Below are positions 55,047 to 64,000 of a stretch of DNA of 64,000 nt, in pieces. Made by a program: the position numbers and the translations under genes. The stretch is from a virus. Its lineage: Duplodnaviria; Caudoviricetes. Each line of letters starts with the position of its first letter. Position 1 is the stretch's first letter. The notes under the pieces are model-generated. The model did no database searches. It had not been told where the DNA came from and worked only from the letters and a program-made list of their open reading frames with translations. The DNA is taken from IMG/VR virus record IMGVR_UViG_3300024259_001623. One strand, given 5' to 3'.

Positions 55047-57613
55047 TATATAATGTCCAATTTAGCTAAAGATATAGTATCTGTCAAGTCAAATGCCTTC
55101 TTAGTGCCTTTGTATTTGCTATTTGTCCATTCAACAATAATTGCATTATCCTTTAGAGAAACTATTCTTCCTTCAATTGGTTCAAAAGCTAATCCCATTA
55201 CATACCTAACTCTTTGTCCTTCCTTGTACTGAGACTGCATATCTCTATTCATCCTCACAACGCCGTGACTTCTCTCTAAGGCTGGTATTCCTTCTTCATA
55301 TCCATCATATCCTTCTGGTCCTTGACCAGAACTGGCATCAGCCTGTTTGATATTGGCTTGTTTATCTGTTTCTTTCATTTGCTGTCTCCAAAGGTTAGCA
55401 AACTGTTTCGCAATACCTTTTACCTGAACTTCCGCCTGCTCTGCGGTCATAACTCTTTGCATCCACTGCTGTTCCTTCAATGCGTCTATAATATATGTCA
55501 TGAAATGAACTGGTCTATTCCCATATCTACGTGTAGACATGATAGTAGCATTTTGTGCTACCATCTCAGGCTCAATCTCTTGAACTAGTTGTTTTATTTT
55601 TACGCCATCTATTACAGGCTTATGAACTAAATCTCCCATCTGCTCTCTATATTCTTCTATTGCCTTCAACTGGCGTTCTCTATTCTGCTTTATTTCTGCT
55701 GTCTCTGCTTCAGATAAATCTCCCTTACTCAAAGAATCTGCGTAAGCGTGATCTAATATATGCTTGTAAAACTCATTCGTTTTAGCTAAGAATTTTCCTA
55801 TAGTTTTAGGTTTCATACCAGAAAAATTATGAGGAGCCATATGATGACGAATAACAGTTTCAACAAACTTCTTTTCATGAGGCTCAAATCCCATTGAGGT
55901 CATCATACGTTTAGCGAAATCAGCAGATTCAAAATCATGCTTCATATACATCTTTCTCTCTATTGGTGTTTCGCCTCTCTGGAAAGTAGCTGGTACGCCC
56001 TGCTTATCCTTTTTACTCACTCTAACTTTAGGATTCATCTTACCAAAGTCATGAAGCATAGTTGACAACATCATCAACCCTCTTTCTTTTGCAGGGATAC
56101 CAGTTTCCTTAGCCACATCATTATAGTGTTCCATAACTTTCAAAGTATGTTCCATAAGCGTCAAATTGTGGAACGGACTTTGCTGGTCCATATCAATATC
56201 TAACCAATCTTCTGGAATTTGAAAAGCATGTCTATATAATCCAGTCTCGAATAACAATCTAGCTCCATCTACCGATCTATCGCTTTCCATGATCTTTCTG
56301 ATTTCTTTTGCTGCTCTAGATGGATGAACCTTACTTTTATATATTTTAGACAATTCAGATTCAGGATCTTTTAATGTCTTCATAACATCAATGATAGCTG
56401 GATCAATCTTAGCATTAGGATATCTAGAGTAGAACCTTAAAACTCTTAACATTCTTAATGGGTCTTCTGAAAAAGTCTTCATAGGATCTACAGGTGTTTT
56501 TAATTCCATATTCTTCAAATCTTCTTCTCCACCTACATAATCTTCTACTTGTCCAGTTTCTACATTATAATATAAAGCGTTTATTGTTAAATCTCTTCTA
56601 ACTACATCTTCTCTTACATCATTGGTTGGTGCTACGATAGGCTTTCTAGACTCTGGCGTATACTTTTCAGTTCTGAATTGTACAAATTCTATTTTATCGC
56701 CAAAAATATTAATCCCGCCAACAGAAAGATTTTCGTCTGGAGATTCTTCGGTCTTATCAACAACCTTATCTAGGCTAACCTGATATGGTTCTCCTACATT
56801 TGGTATACTATTAACTTGCGCATATTGACCGATGTATTTTGCGAAATCATATCCTGTCATATTATTGATAGCGATATCAATATCATCGCTTTCCAATCCT
56901 AACAGTTTATCTCTAACCCAACCGCCAGCTACTCTTAACTCAACATCTTTTGTTTCTGAAAAACTATTTTTTACGCTCAATAGGAAACTAAATATCTTGT
57001 TTTCTTGGTCTGTTAACTGTATTTGAGTCTCTGACTGTGCGTATTTTTTCAGGTTAAAAGACTTATTAGCTTTAGTTAATCTCATAGCTGGGATTTCAGT
57101 GATAATACTAGTTTCTATATTTGGTGTTTCATCCTTTACTATATCAAAAATCTTTTGTTTATTTTCAAAATCTTCTCTAACGAATACATGAGCTAACTCT
57201 GCTTGATCACGAGAGTCATCATCTATTATATATAAACCGCCAATATGATCACGATTAGCAGGATATCCTATCAAAATAGGATGATCCAACAAATGCTTTT
57301 TGATAAACTTTAAAGAAAATAGATATTTACTTATTGGTGGAATACCATTTTTCAATATGTGTCTTAGATCTATTACATCAGACGGGATATATACATAACC
57401 ACAGCTTCCTTCTTCGCTAAAAAGCTCTTCCAATACTAAATCTGGATAGTACATAAATTCTTCTTTTAAGTATCTGTATGATGCCAAACACTTAAATATA
57501 TCTTTAACTTCACAAGGACAAAGAGATCTATTAGAGATCTCTTGTGCCTTTTCTTTTATTTTTCTTTTATATATTAATGACATTTTATTATCTCTTTTTT
57601 CTTCCGCATCCAC
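55046..57613 (-). CDS. cca: CCA-adding tRNA nucleotidyltransferase with HD domain and extra N-/C-terminal domains
   Basis: RVAGGWVRDKLLG..SDDIDIA, DVVRRDLTINALYY, EDPLRMLRVLRF; HD domain EHTLKV...LHDFGK...RHHM. Confidence 0.88.
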   Translation of the reverse strand: MDAEEKRDNKMSLIYKRKIKEKAQEISNRSLCPCEVKDIFKCLASYRYLKEEFMYYPDLVLEELFSEEGSCGYVYIPSDVIDLRHILKNGIPPISKYLFSLKFIKKHLLDHPILIGYPANRDHIGGLYIIDDDSRDQAELAHVFVREDFENKQKIFDIVKDETPNIETSIITEIPAMRLTKANKSFNLKKYAQSETQIQLTDQENKIFSFLLSVKNSFSETKDVELRVAGGWVRDKLLGLESDDIDIAINNMTGYDFAKYIGQYAQVNSIPNVGEPYQVSLDKVVDKTEESPDENLSVGGINIFGDKIEFVQFRTEKYTPESRKPIVAPTNDVREDVVRRDLTINALYYNVETGQVEDYVGGEEDLKNMELKTPVDPMKTFSEDPLRMLRVLRFYSRYPNAKIDPAIIDVMKTLKDPESELSKIYKSKVHPSRAAKEIRKIMESDRSVDGARLLFETGLYRHAFQIPEDWLDIDMDQQSPFHNLTLMEHTLKVMEHYNDVAKETGIPAKERGLMMLSTMLHDFGKMNPKVRVSKKDKQGVPATFQRGETPIERKMYMKHDFESADFAKRMMTSMGFEPHEKKFVETVIRHHMAPHNFSGMKPKTIGKFLAKTNEFYKHILDHAYADSLSKGDLSEAETAEIKQNRERQLKAIEEYREQMGDLVHKPVIDGVKIKQLVQEIEPEMVAQNATIMSTRRYGNRPVHFMTYIIDALKEQQWMQRVMTAEQAEVQVKGIAKQFANLWRQQMKETDKQANIKQADASSGQGPEGYDGYEEGIPALERSHGVVRMNRDMQSQYKEGQRVRYVMGLAFEPIEGRIVSLKDNAIIVEWTNSKYKGTKKAFDLTDTISLAKLDII

Positions 57614-57779
57614 AAGATTTTTTCTTTCTAATAGTGCTTGGTTTAACGCCTGACAACTTGGCTTCAGCAGCCATTTTCTTCAAGAATTTAATCTTTTTCT
57701 TATATTCAGGTGTAGACATAATTTTTTGCTGTCTTTTTCTTCTTGTCTTATATCTTGCATAAACACTTTTCTTAGCCAT
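57588..57779 (-). CDS. small basic protein ending in CGCG
   Basis: K/R-rich, KKSCGCGRKKR. Confidence 0.6.
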   Translation of the reverse strand: MAKKSVYARYKTRRKRQQKIMSTPEYKKKIKFLKKMAAEAKLSGVKPSTIRKKKSCGCGRKKR

Positions 57780-57791
57780 AGAAGTTACCTT

Positions 57792-58436
57792 TTATTGTTG
57801 TAAACCAATTTCTAAATCTCCCACGCTCTTAGAAAGGTCTTCCAATACTGACATCAATTCTCTCTTAACTTCTTCAGAAGTGCTTTTCTTAATTCTAGAA
57901 GATATAATATTTTTGAGATTCTCTATTAAAATATAAACAGGTTCCATTCTTCCTTCAATCTCATCTTGCTTATCTTCCAAACCTGTTATTGTATCACTAA
58001 TCTTTTTAATTGCATCTACGCTTCTTCTACGCTCGTCTAAGCTCAAAGGTACAGTCTCAGCAGCGATAAGAACCATTTCATTACTTAGTATAGCTATTCT
58101 TCCTTCGATAGAAGCTCTTCTATCCTGACGCATAGCAAGCCATTTCTTTAACTCACCAGAATATTCTTGTAACTTTAAAGCTCTTTCTTGCTTCTTATAA
58201 TGGATAAGTATATGATTTCTCACGGCCATATAAGAAATCTCTTCACCTTTACTTTGTAAAAACTTATGAACAATTTTCATATTGTTTAATTTGTCATATT
58301 CATCTTCGGCCTTTTGCCTGAATTTAGACTGGCAAAATTTACAATTACTTTTGTTGACTACTCCATCAAATCCATCTATGAAGTCTACAATAACGTTACA
58401 CTTTTCTGCTTTTTGTATTTCTTTCGATTCTGACAT
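57792..58436 (-). CDS. hypothetical protein, CxxC + HTH-like N-terminus and coiled coil
   Basis: NCKFCQ...EISYMAVRNHILIH; could be terminase-small-subunit-like (unverified). Confidence 0.55.
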   Translation of the reverse strand: MSESKEIQKAEKCNVIVDFIDGFDGVVNKSNCKFCQSKFRQKAEDEYDKLNNMKIVHKFLQSKGEEISYMAVRNHILIHYKKQERALKLQEYSGELKKWLAMRQDRRASIEGRIAILSNEMVLIAAETVPLSLDERRRSVDAIKKISDTITGLEDKQDEIEGRMEPVYILIENLKNIISSRIKKSTSEEVKRELMSVLEDLSKSVGDLEIGLQQ

Positions 58437-58440
58437 CTCA

Positions 58441-58806
58441 TTACTTCCTTTCTTTTATCTGATTAGGCAAAAATTTCTGTACAAAATCCGACCTCTCTTG
58501 TTCCATTTCTTGAACTTTTAAGTACAATATATCAAAAGCCTGCTCACAAGCTTGAGCAAAAGCATAATAATTATCTAATGCACGATCAGCACCCATCAAC
58601 AATACCTCTTTCGCCCTTGGATGTGAAGACATTTTTTTATCATGTGCTATTTGCAAAGCAATTAATCTGGCATGAGGAGCATTTTGATAGACATATTTCT
58701 TCAAATAATTAATAATTCCAATAACTTCCTTGAAATCTTTAATCTTTGCGTTTAAGTCGTTCCTTTCTTTGAACGATTCTATTTTGGAAAGCTTATACCA
58801 GTCCAA
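58441..58806 (-). CDS. hypothetical protein with DWYK tag
   Basis: MDWYKLSK. Confidence 0.7.
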   Translation of the reverse strand: MDWYKLSKIESFKERNDLNAKIKDFKEVIGIINYLKKYVYQNAPHARLIALQIAHDKKMSSHPRAKEVLLMGADRALDNYYAFAQACEQAFDILYLKVQEMEQERSDFVQKFLPNQIKERK

Positions 58807-59106
58807 TTAAAATCCTCCTCTAGCCTCTGGAGGGACGTTGATGCCTCTTTCTTGGATAATCTTTAGTATGGTATGTACGTCATCTGCTCTCCATCCAGCG
58901 TCTTTGTCAACCCCTCTACCGCCTTGATCTTCTATCTCGGACTGAGCCTCATAAGCTTCTTTAGCATCCTTTAAATTGAAAATAAGCTGTTCTGGCGTCA
59001 TAGCTCTATATTTTGCTTCCTTTTCCGCGAATGGATATCCTTTGATACCATAGTTGCCATAACCAAAAGCAAATTTCTTAAATAAATCAGTCTTAATCTT
59101 TTTCAT
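58807..59106 (-). CDS. hypothetical protein
   Basis: MKKIKTDLFKKFA start. Confidence 0.65.
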   Translation of the reverse strand: MKKIKTDLFKKFAFGYGNYGIKGYPFAEKEAKYRAMTPEQLIFNLKDAKEAYEAQSEIEDQGGRGVDKDAGWRADDVHTILKIIQERGINVPPEARGGF

Positions 59107-59761
59107 TTATATCTCCCTTACAATATTCTTTTACTGAATACAAACAAATCAATACTGCATCAGAGCGTCCATCATGACAAACATTCTTAAACATATCCTT
59201 TATAGAAGGATACATCTCAGCAACAATCTTCCTAGACATCATTTTAGCTTCTTTTTTAACTAATAGATTATTTTTGTCTATCTTTTTTTTATTATCACTT
59301 TTTTCGGTCGCATCCTTCAATTTTTTACTTATTTCACGAAGCTTCTTGTTTTCTTCTTTATATTCCTTAATTTCATCACTAATTAGTTCTGGGAAAGACT
59401 TTTTCCATCTTTGAGGAGAAACTTCAACTAAATCGAATCCCATAGATACAATTATCCCCAAATAGATTCCATATCCAAACCCGAAATTGAACATAGAAAC
59501 GTTCCCCTGTTGCTTCATAGAATGAACTTTCTCTATACAAACCAATACATTTTTATCTTCATATTCTTTGAATATGAGGGATAATTCTTCTATGTCAGGT
59601 ATTTTTTTGAATTTAGACTTGACTTTTTTATTAGGATTAGGGATTTTCTTGGTAGGCATATCATATATTTTGGGAACTCCATCAAGTTCCTCAAAAACGC
59701 ATATAGCCCCGGTTAAGCCTGGGTCAACTCCTATTACAATGTCATATTTATCTGAGTACAT
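59093..59761 (-). CDS. ruvC: RuvC-like Holliday junction resolvase (phage type)
   Basis: IGVDPGLTGA, CIEKV, SMFNFGFGYG, VSPQRWKK, DGRSDAVLI. Confidence 0.85.
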   Translation of the reverse strand: MYSDKYDIVIGVDPGLTGAICVFEELDGVPKIYDMPTKKIPNPNKKVKSKFKKIPDIEELSLIFKEYEDKNVLVCIEKVHSMKQQGNVSMFNFGFGYGIYLGIIVSMGFDLVEVSPQRWKKSFPELISDEIKEYKEENKKLREISKKLKDATEKSDNKKKIDKNNLLVKKEAKMMSRKIVAEMYPSIKDMFKNVCHDGRSDAVLICLYSVKEYCKGDINEKD

Positions 59762-59811
59762 ATAGATCCTCCGAATGTTAACTATCTATATGTACTATCG
59801 ACAGATATTAT

Positions 59812-60195
59812 CTATATTTCTTCATAAATATCTATATATTTCTGTGGTCTATTCGACAATATAGCAGCGATGACTTGATGATAACCATCTAATAAAGTTT
59901 GATTAGCAATAACAACGATTCTAGTGCTGTCCCATCTATCAATTTTGTTTTGTACTATTTGTTTTTGTTCCTCTGTAGCAAAATCATTAAATACATCTAA
60001 TACTGTATCTTCCCCCATATGCGTCTTTAAAGTTTTTAATTGATCTGAATTAGCTAAACGCACAGTAAATTTAGTATTAAAATCATCTTCACTAACAAAT
60101 TCATGCAAAGCTTCAGAAGTGTCATTCAATTCAGATTCATCATAGAAATCCGTTAATGAAACTGTTTCTGTTTGTGATTTTTTATACCAATGCAT
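59812..60195 (-). CDS. HWYKKSQ-tagged protein with ParB/Srx-like motif
   Basis: Start MHWYKKSQ (GGAG RBS at 60205-08); IVVIANQTLLDGYHQVIAAI. Confidence 0.65.
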   Translation of the reverse strand: MHWYKKSQTETVSLTDFYDESELNDTSEALHEFVSEDDFNTKFTVRLANSDQLKTLKTHMGEDTVLDVFNDFATEEQKQIVQNKIDRWDSTRIVVIANQTLLDGYHQVIAAILSNRPQKYIDIYEEI

Positions 60196-60259
60196 TTTAA
60201 AAGACTCCAATTATATTAATTTATTTTATATAATCAAAATCCCTTTATTATTGATTATT

Positions 60260-60448
60260 CTATCCGCATAGACCTTCTTCGCCTATAATATGTTTTATAA
60301 GTTCTTCACTAGAAAAAAATTCCTCTAAGTCAGAATAGTTCTCTACTCCCAACTCTTTAAGGAATTCAGTCATGCCATTATTAGATTCTACATCTTTCCT
60401 AGATAGCCTAAGTTCGCCACTAGGCATTAGATCAAATTCTATGTTCAT
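60260..60448 (-). CDS. hypothetical protein
   Basis: 62-aa acidic ORF ending LCG. Confidence 0.6.
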   Translation of the reverse strand: MNIEFDLMPSGELRLSRKDVESNNGMTEFLKELGVENYSDLEEFFSSEELIKHIIGEEGLCG

Positions 60449-60450
60449 CT

Positions 60451-60792
60451 TTAGTCCTTTATGAGAATAATATCTTTGTAGCCCAAATCATCTTGCAACG
60501 TTCTAAGGGTTCTTATTTCTAAATCTCCATTAGTACAAGACATTTGACGCATATCAGTATTATCAGTATGGATTTCTTCGGTGATAGTCCATAACTCTCC
60601 ATCCGACATGAATTTAGTGCCAACCAGAAACTCATTAACTTCTTTTTCACTAGAAAGAACTTCTGGTTCGACAGCCTTCATCAACTTCTCGTCCAACATG
60701 AATTTAGTGCCAACCAGAAACTCATTAACTTCTTTTTCACCAGAAAGAACTTCTGGTTCGCCAGCCTTCATCCCCTTTTTAATCATAGACAT
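60451..60792 (-). CDS. hypothetical protein with internal 30-aa duplication
   Basis: EPEVLS.EKEVNEFLVGTKFM twice. Confidence 0.65.
   Translation of the reverse strand: MSMIKKGMKAGEPEVLSGEKEVNEFLVGTKFMLDEKLMKAVEPEVLSSEKEVNEFLVGTKFMSDGELWTITEEIHTDNTDMRQMSCTNGDLEIRTLRTLQDDLGYKDIILIKD
60602..60772. repeat. direct repeat, 81 bp, period 90, 3 mismatches
   Basis: 60602-60682 vs 60692-60772. Confidence 0.9.
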
Positions 60793-61880
60793 TATACTTT
60801 ACTCCTATTTTGTTTAATATTATCAAGATACTTATTTATATCGTTTTTTTCTCTGAAATCTAAATCATCTTCGATTTCACTTAATTGTTTCATTAATTCT
60901 ACATAATCTGATGTTGTTTCATCAGGGGAAACAATATTTAGGACAATTTTTAAATCCCCTATTCTTTTATTATCTTTTACATCAGGACAACCTAAATTTT
61001 TCAATACGACTTCATCTAGGTTTTTGATGTTAGGTTTAATTTTTATTTCAATTATATTTCCATATATGGTAGGAATCTTTATAAATCCTCCCAAAACTGA
61101 TTTTGAGAACGATATAGGATAAAGCATATATAAATCATTTATACGCCTTTGGTATATATCATGTTTCAAAACATGTACCTGAACATTCAAGTCTCCATTG
61201 GGACCACTATGCTGACCAGGATCACCTTGACCTTTTATATTTATAGTGTTCCCGTTTCGTATACCTCTAGGTATTTTAATTTTCTTTGTAGAGGCTTCAT
61301 TCACAGAACCAGAACCAAAACATGTTTTACATTTATCCTCATTTTTTATAACCTTACCAGACCCCATACAATGATTACAATGAACCATACCCATTATACC
61401 AGGGAATTCTTGGAATTGCAATTTCCCTCTACCTCTACATTTCACACAGGTATCAGTAGTTTTTCCTTCTTCGACTCTTGTGCCATTGCAAGTTCCACAC
61501 ACAACTTTTGTATTAACTGAAATCTCTTTAGTTATCAATTCTTTTGAGCATACTTCTTCTAGTGTTAGAGAAACACTCGCAAATTTGTTTTTTCCTCTTA
61601 TAGGTCTAGGATATGGATTGACGTATGGAGATGTCCTAGCATTAACAAAATTCCTTCCATTAGGAACTGATCCAAATCTATCATATTGATTTTTAGTGTT
61701 AGGATTAGACAAAACTTCATACGCGGTTGATACTTCTTTAAACTTTTTCTCGCCTTCTTTTTTTTCACCCTTATAATTATCAGGATGATATTTTAAGGCT
61801 TTTTGCCTATATCCCTTCTTAATGTCATTTGGACCTGCTTTTCTATCTAGTCCTAGTATAGAATAATAGTCTTTTTGCAT
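60792..61880 (-). CDS. dnaJ: DnaJ chaperone (J domain, zinc finger, C-terminal domain)
   Basis: KDYYSILG...KYHPD...YEVLS; four CxxCxGxG repeats; GQGD..GPNGDL. Confidence 0.92.
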   Translation of the reverse strand: MQKDYYSILGLDRKAGPNDIKKGYRQKALKYHPDNYKGEKKEGEKKFKEVSTAYEVLSNPNTKNQYDRFGSVPNGRNFVNARTSPYVNPYPRPIRGKNKFASVSLTLEEVCSKELITKEISVNTKVVCGTCNGTRVEEGKTTDTCVKCRGRGKLQFQEFPGIMGMVHCNHCMGSGKVIKNEDKCKTCFGSGSVNEASTKKIKIPRGIRNGNTINIKGQGDPGQHSGPNGDLNVQVHVLKHDIYQRRINDLYMLYPISFSKSVLGGFIKIPTIYGNIIEIKIKPNIKNLDEVVLKNLGCPDVKDNKRIGDLKIVLNIVSPDETTSDYVELMKQLSEIEDDLDFREKNDINKYLDNIKQNRSKV

Positions 61881-61882
61881 AT

Positions 61883-62074
61883 TTACTTTCTTTGATTGAT
61901 TTTTACTTTTTGTTTCTTGTAGTATTCAGCCTTCTTAACATTTTTAATTTCTTTTCCCAAAATCTTCATTAGTTCATTAATTGCCCCAGCACAATCTTTG
62001 CCCTGGAAACCCAACTGATCTAAGCTGATTTCTCCATCAGTTCCTATTGTAACATCAATTTCCTTCTGAGCCAT
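61883..62074 (-). CDS. DUF2997-like small protein
   Basis: IDVTIGTDGEISLDQLGFQGKDC. Confidence 0.7.
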   Translation of the reverse strand: MAQKEIDVTIGTDGEISLDQLGFQGKDCAGAINELMKILGKEIKNVKKAEYYKKQKVKINQRK

Positions 62075-62124
62075 TTTAAAATCTCCTGTTCTTAAATTAT
62101 ACTCTGCATGTCACGGATATGCAA

Positions 62125-62394
62125 TTACATTTTATGTCCGTTTTCAGTTTCTACGACATCTACTTCATCACTCTCGGCTCCAACGGCTTCTTCCAATAAG
62201 GTCTTCAAAGAGTTCTTTAAAATCACAAAACTTTCATCCAAATTCTCTACGAAAGCAACGATCCTTTCCAAATCTTCTCTCTCTTCCGTATTAATGAATT
62301 TATGAGTAACTCTATATAAGTTGGATAAAACGAATATAGTTTCTAATAGCTTTTCATTAGTTCTATGCCAATTAAATAACTGTTTTTCACTCAT
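62125..62394 (-). CDS. hypothetical protein
   Basis: Coupled to the holA-like gene. Confidence 0.65.
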   Translation of the reverse strand: MSEKQLFNWHRTNEKLLETIFVLSNLYRVTHKFINTEEREDLERIVAFVENLDESFVILKNSLKTLLEEAVGAESDEVDVVETENGHKM

Positions 62395-63511
62395 CAGACA
62401 TTCTCCTTAATCTGGATAATTCTTTATCATCCATTATATTGCAGATAAACATGAAGAAATTATCTGCCATCATTAAACATTCAACTTTGTCATTCGAATT
62501 CCTTATCTTTAACAAACATTCATCTAGAACCTTCATAGATTTAAATAACTCTGTTCTAGAATATAAATCGATAACAGGAGTCTTTCCATAAAACCCCTTT
62601 AAAGCATTGAATCCTATTTTCTCAGAATATAGTGGCTTTCCATCTGTGGTAAAAATAGAATATTCTCCCGAACCTTCTCTTGAGAATCTATGCAATTCTT
62701 TAAGATTTTTCAGAATATCTTCATCTTTTAACCCAGATATCTTTTGTTCTTTCAAAAAGAACAATAATCTATATCTCCAAGACAATTGATGGAACAATCC
62801 TTCTACGGCCTCTTTTGCTGTATTTTTAGATAAAATAGATCTATACAGCAACTTCTGACAACCATCATAATCTCTTTTGTCTATCAGGTCAAAAATAGCC
62901 CAAGTAAGAACATTACTATTATTAGGCAAACATTTAATTATATCTGCCCTTGTCATATTCTTTTTCTTATTACCTAAGAAACTACAGATAAGATCATGAT
63001 ACATTATCATTCTATCGACATCAAACAAATTACCCTTGTCAGATTCACAATTATCAACTATTAGCCCAACATCTGAATCTTCAACATGTTTACCAGACTT
63101 CTCAAATATATCTATGACATAACTACAAGCTTCTGGTCTTTTTAAATAAGCTGGCGGATTAAATATTTTGCCTATTTTTTTAACATGATTGTATAATACT
63201 TTCTTCTTATTCGGGTCTACTCCATCGACAATAACAGTACAATCTTCTGGTATATTAGAAAAAACTTCTTTCCACTTCTTATTCGATTTTTGTGCAGAAC
63301 CCTTAAAGCTAGGAATATCTTTTATGATGACAACTCTACTTTCAGAAAATAACTCATTACCAGATATTTTCATTTCTATGTATTCCGCAGAATACTCGTC
63401 ATCATATATTAATACTTTATGGTCTTCCAGAGAATTCTTCACAGCATCAACTATTTTCCGCTTATGAAAAAAACTTCCGGATATCCAACATATCCTAGCT
63501 TTGTCATTCAT
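62387..63511 (-). CDS. holA: DNA polymerase III delta-like clamp-loader subunit
   Basis: ELFSESRVVIIKD, VIVDG, WAIFDLI, LFHQLSWRYRLL, KVLDECLLKIR: HolA-type layout. Confidence 0.65.
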   Translation of the reverse strand: MNDKARICWISGSFFHKRKIVDAVKNSLEDHKVLIYDDEYSAEYIEMKISGNELFSESRVVIIKDIPSFKGSAQKSNKKWKEVFSNIPEDCTVIVDGVDPNKKKVLYNHVKKIGKIFNPPAYLKRPEACSYVIDIFEKSGKHVEDSDVGLIVDNCESDKGNLFDVDRMIMYHDLICSFLGNKKKNMTRADIIKCLPNNSNVLTWAIFDLIDKRDYDGCQKLLYRSILSKNTAKEAVEGLFHQLSWRYRLLFFLKEQKISGLKDEDILKNLKELHRFSREGSGEYSIFTTDGKPLYSEKIGFNALKGFYGKTPVIDLYSRTELFKSMKVLDECLLKIRNSNDKVECLMMADNFFMFICNIMDDKELSRLRRMSDE

Positions 63512-63531
63512 GATTCAATATCTTCCATCTA

Positions 63532-64000
63532 TTAAGAGGACAACTGTACTAAAATAATAGCAAACTTCTCTGAGAAACCAGTAGAAACGTTTGTCTTGCA
63601 CAAAGTTGAACCTTTAGCAACAGTATCAGAAGCATTGAAGTATACCAAGATAGGCTTTCTGCCAGATTCTCCACAAAATTCTATTTGGATATTACCTTCT
63701 TTTTCCCAACATTCTGGAATAGGTTGAATGTAATTAGTATAAGTAGAACTTAAACAAATATTCTCTCCATCTGGACTAGAAGAATCAATTACTTTAATCT
63801 TTCTATAAGACTTCAAAGTTTCTTCTGCCTTAACTTGTAATACCTTTTCTCCGATATCCAAATTAAATCTAGACTTATGCATTCTCTTTTCTCTAATCAT
63901 CTCTTTTGTATGAGTAGCAGAAACACCCTTACATGCGTAAGCCCAATCTTCAATAGAAGTCACAACCCTATAAGAATAATCGCTATCTAGAAGCTTATTC
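63532..64000 (-). CDS. C-terminal part of a probable beta sliding clamp (5' end outside the window)
   Basis: Frame is open from 63999 (NKLLDSDYSYRVVTSIEDW...), so it extends beyond the window; beta-rich clamp-like C-terminus; adjacent to holA-like gene. Confidence 0.5.
   Translation of the reverse strand, partial: NKLLDSDYSYRVVTSIEDWAYACKGVSATHTKEMIREKRMHKSRFNLDIGEKVLQVKAEETLKSYRKIKVIDSSSPDGENICLSSTYTNYIQPIPECWEKEGNIQIEFCGESGRKPILVYFNASDTVAKGSTLCKTNVSTGFSEKFAIILVQLSS

Noticed and set aside
1-64000. tRNA genes, rRNA or CRISPR arrays
   Set aside because: No cloverleaf with a T-loop GTTCRA in any intergenic gap and no regularly spaced repeat-spacer array; the repeats seen are protein-coding (NUMOD3, fibre units, AKK tract, 90-bp duplication).

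Overview
AT-rich, gene-dense 64-kb segment, almost entirely coded on the minus strand (only two credible plus-strand genes), that reads as part of a large (probably jumbo-type) tailed dsDNA phage genome. It carries rIIA/rIIB, a phage sigma-70-family factor, an SSB-like protein, NAD-dependent DNA ligase, a RuvC-like resolvase, Pol III clamp-loader/clamp-like genes, DnaJ, two DNA methyltransferases, five free-standing homing endonucleases and a fibre/adhesin-like protein. No capsid, portal, terminase large subunit, integrase, tRNA, rRNA or CRISPR array was recognised in the window. Main points of interest: (1) a phage-encoded deamidated (Preiss-Handler-type) NAD+ route, PncB + NadD + glutamine-dependent NadE plus an ADP-ribose-type Nudix hydrolase, enzymatically different from the NARP1/NARP2 anti-defence pathways; (2) a radical SAM enzyme fractured at the third Cys of its CxxxCxxC motif by a naturally split intein, with an HNH gene between the halves; (3) a ~276-nt, ~50% GC, multi-helix non-coding element closed by an 18-bp stem beside a small HNH and an ABC-type ATPase; (4) a PVC/Planctomycetota-style type IV pseudopilin; (5) a shared N-terminal M-x-W-Y-K tag on six unrelated proteins; (6) a repeated AGG-N18-GAA promoter-like motif; (7) a tRNA repair/maintenance set (CCA enzyme, Thg1, cyclic-phosphate receiver, queuosine-salvage hydrolase). 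All family assignments are by motif recognition by eye, without database searches.
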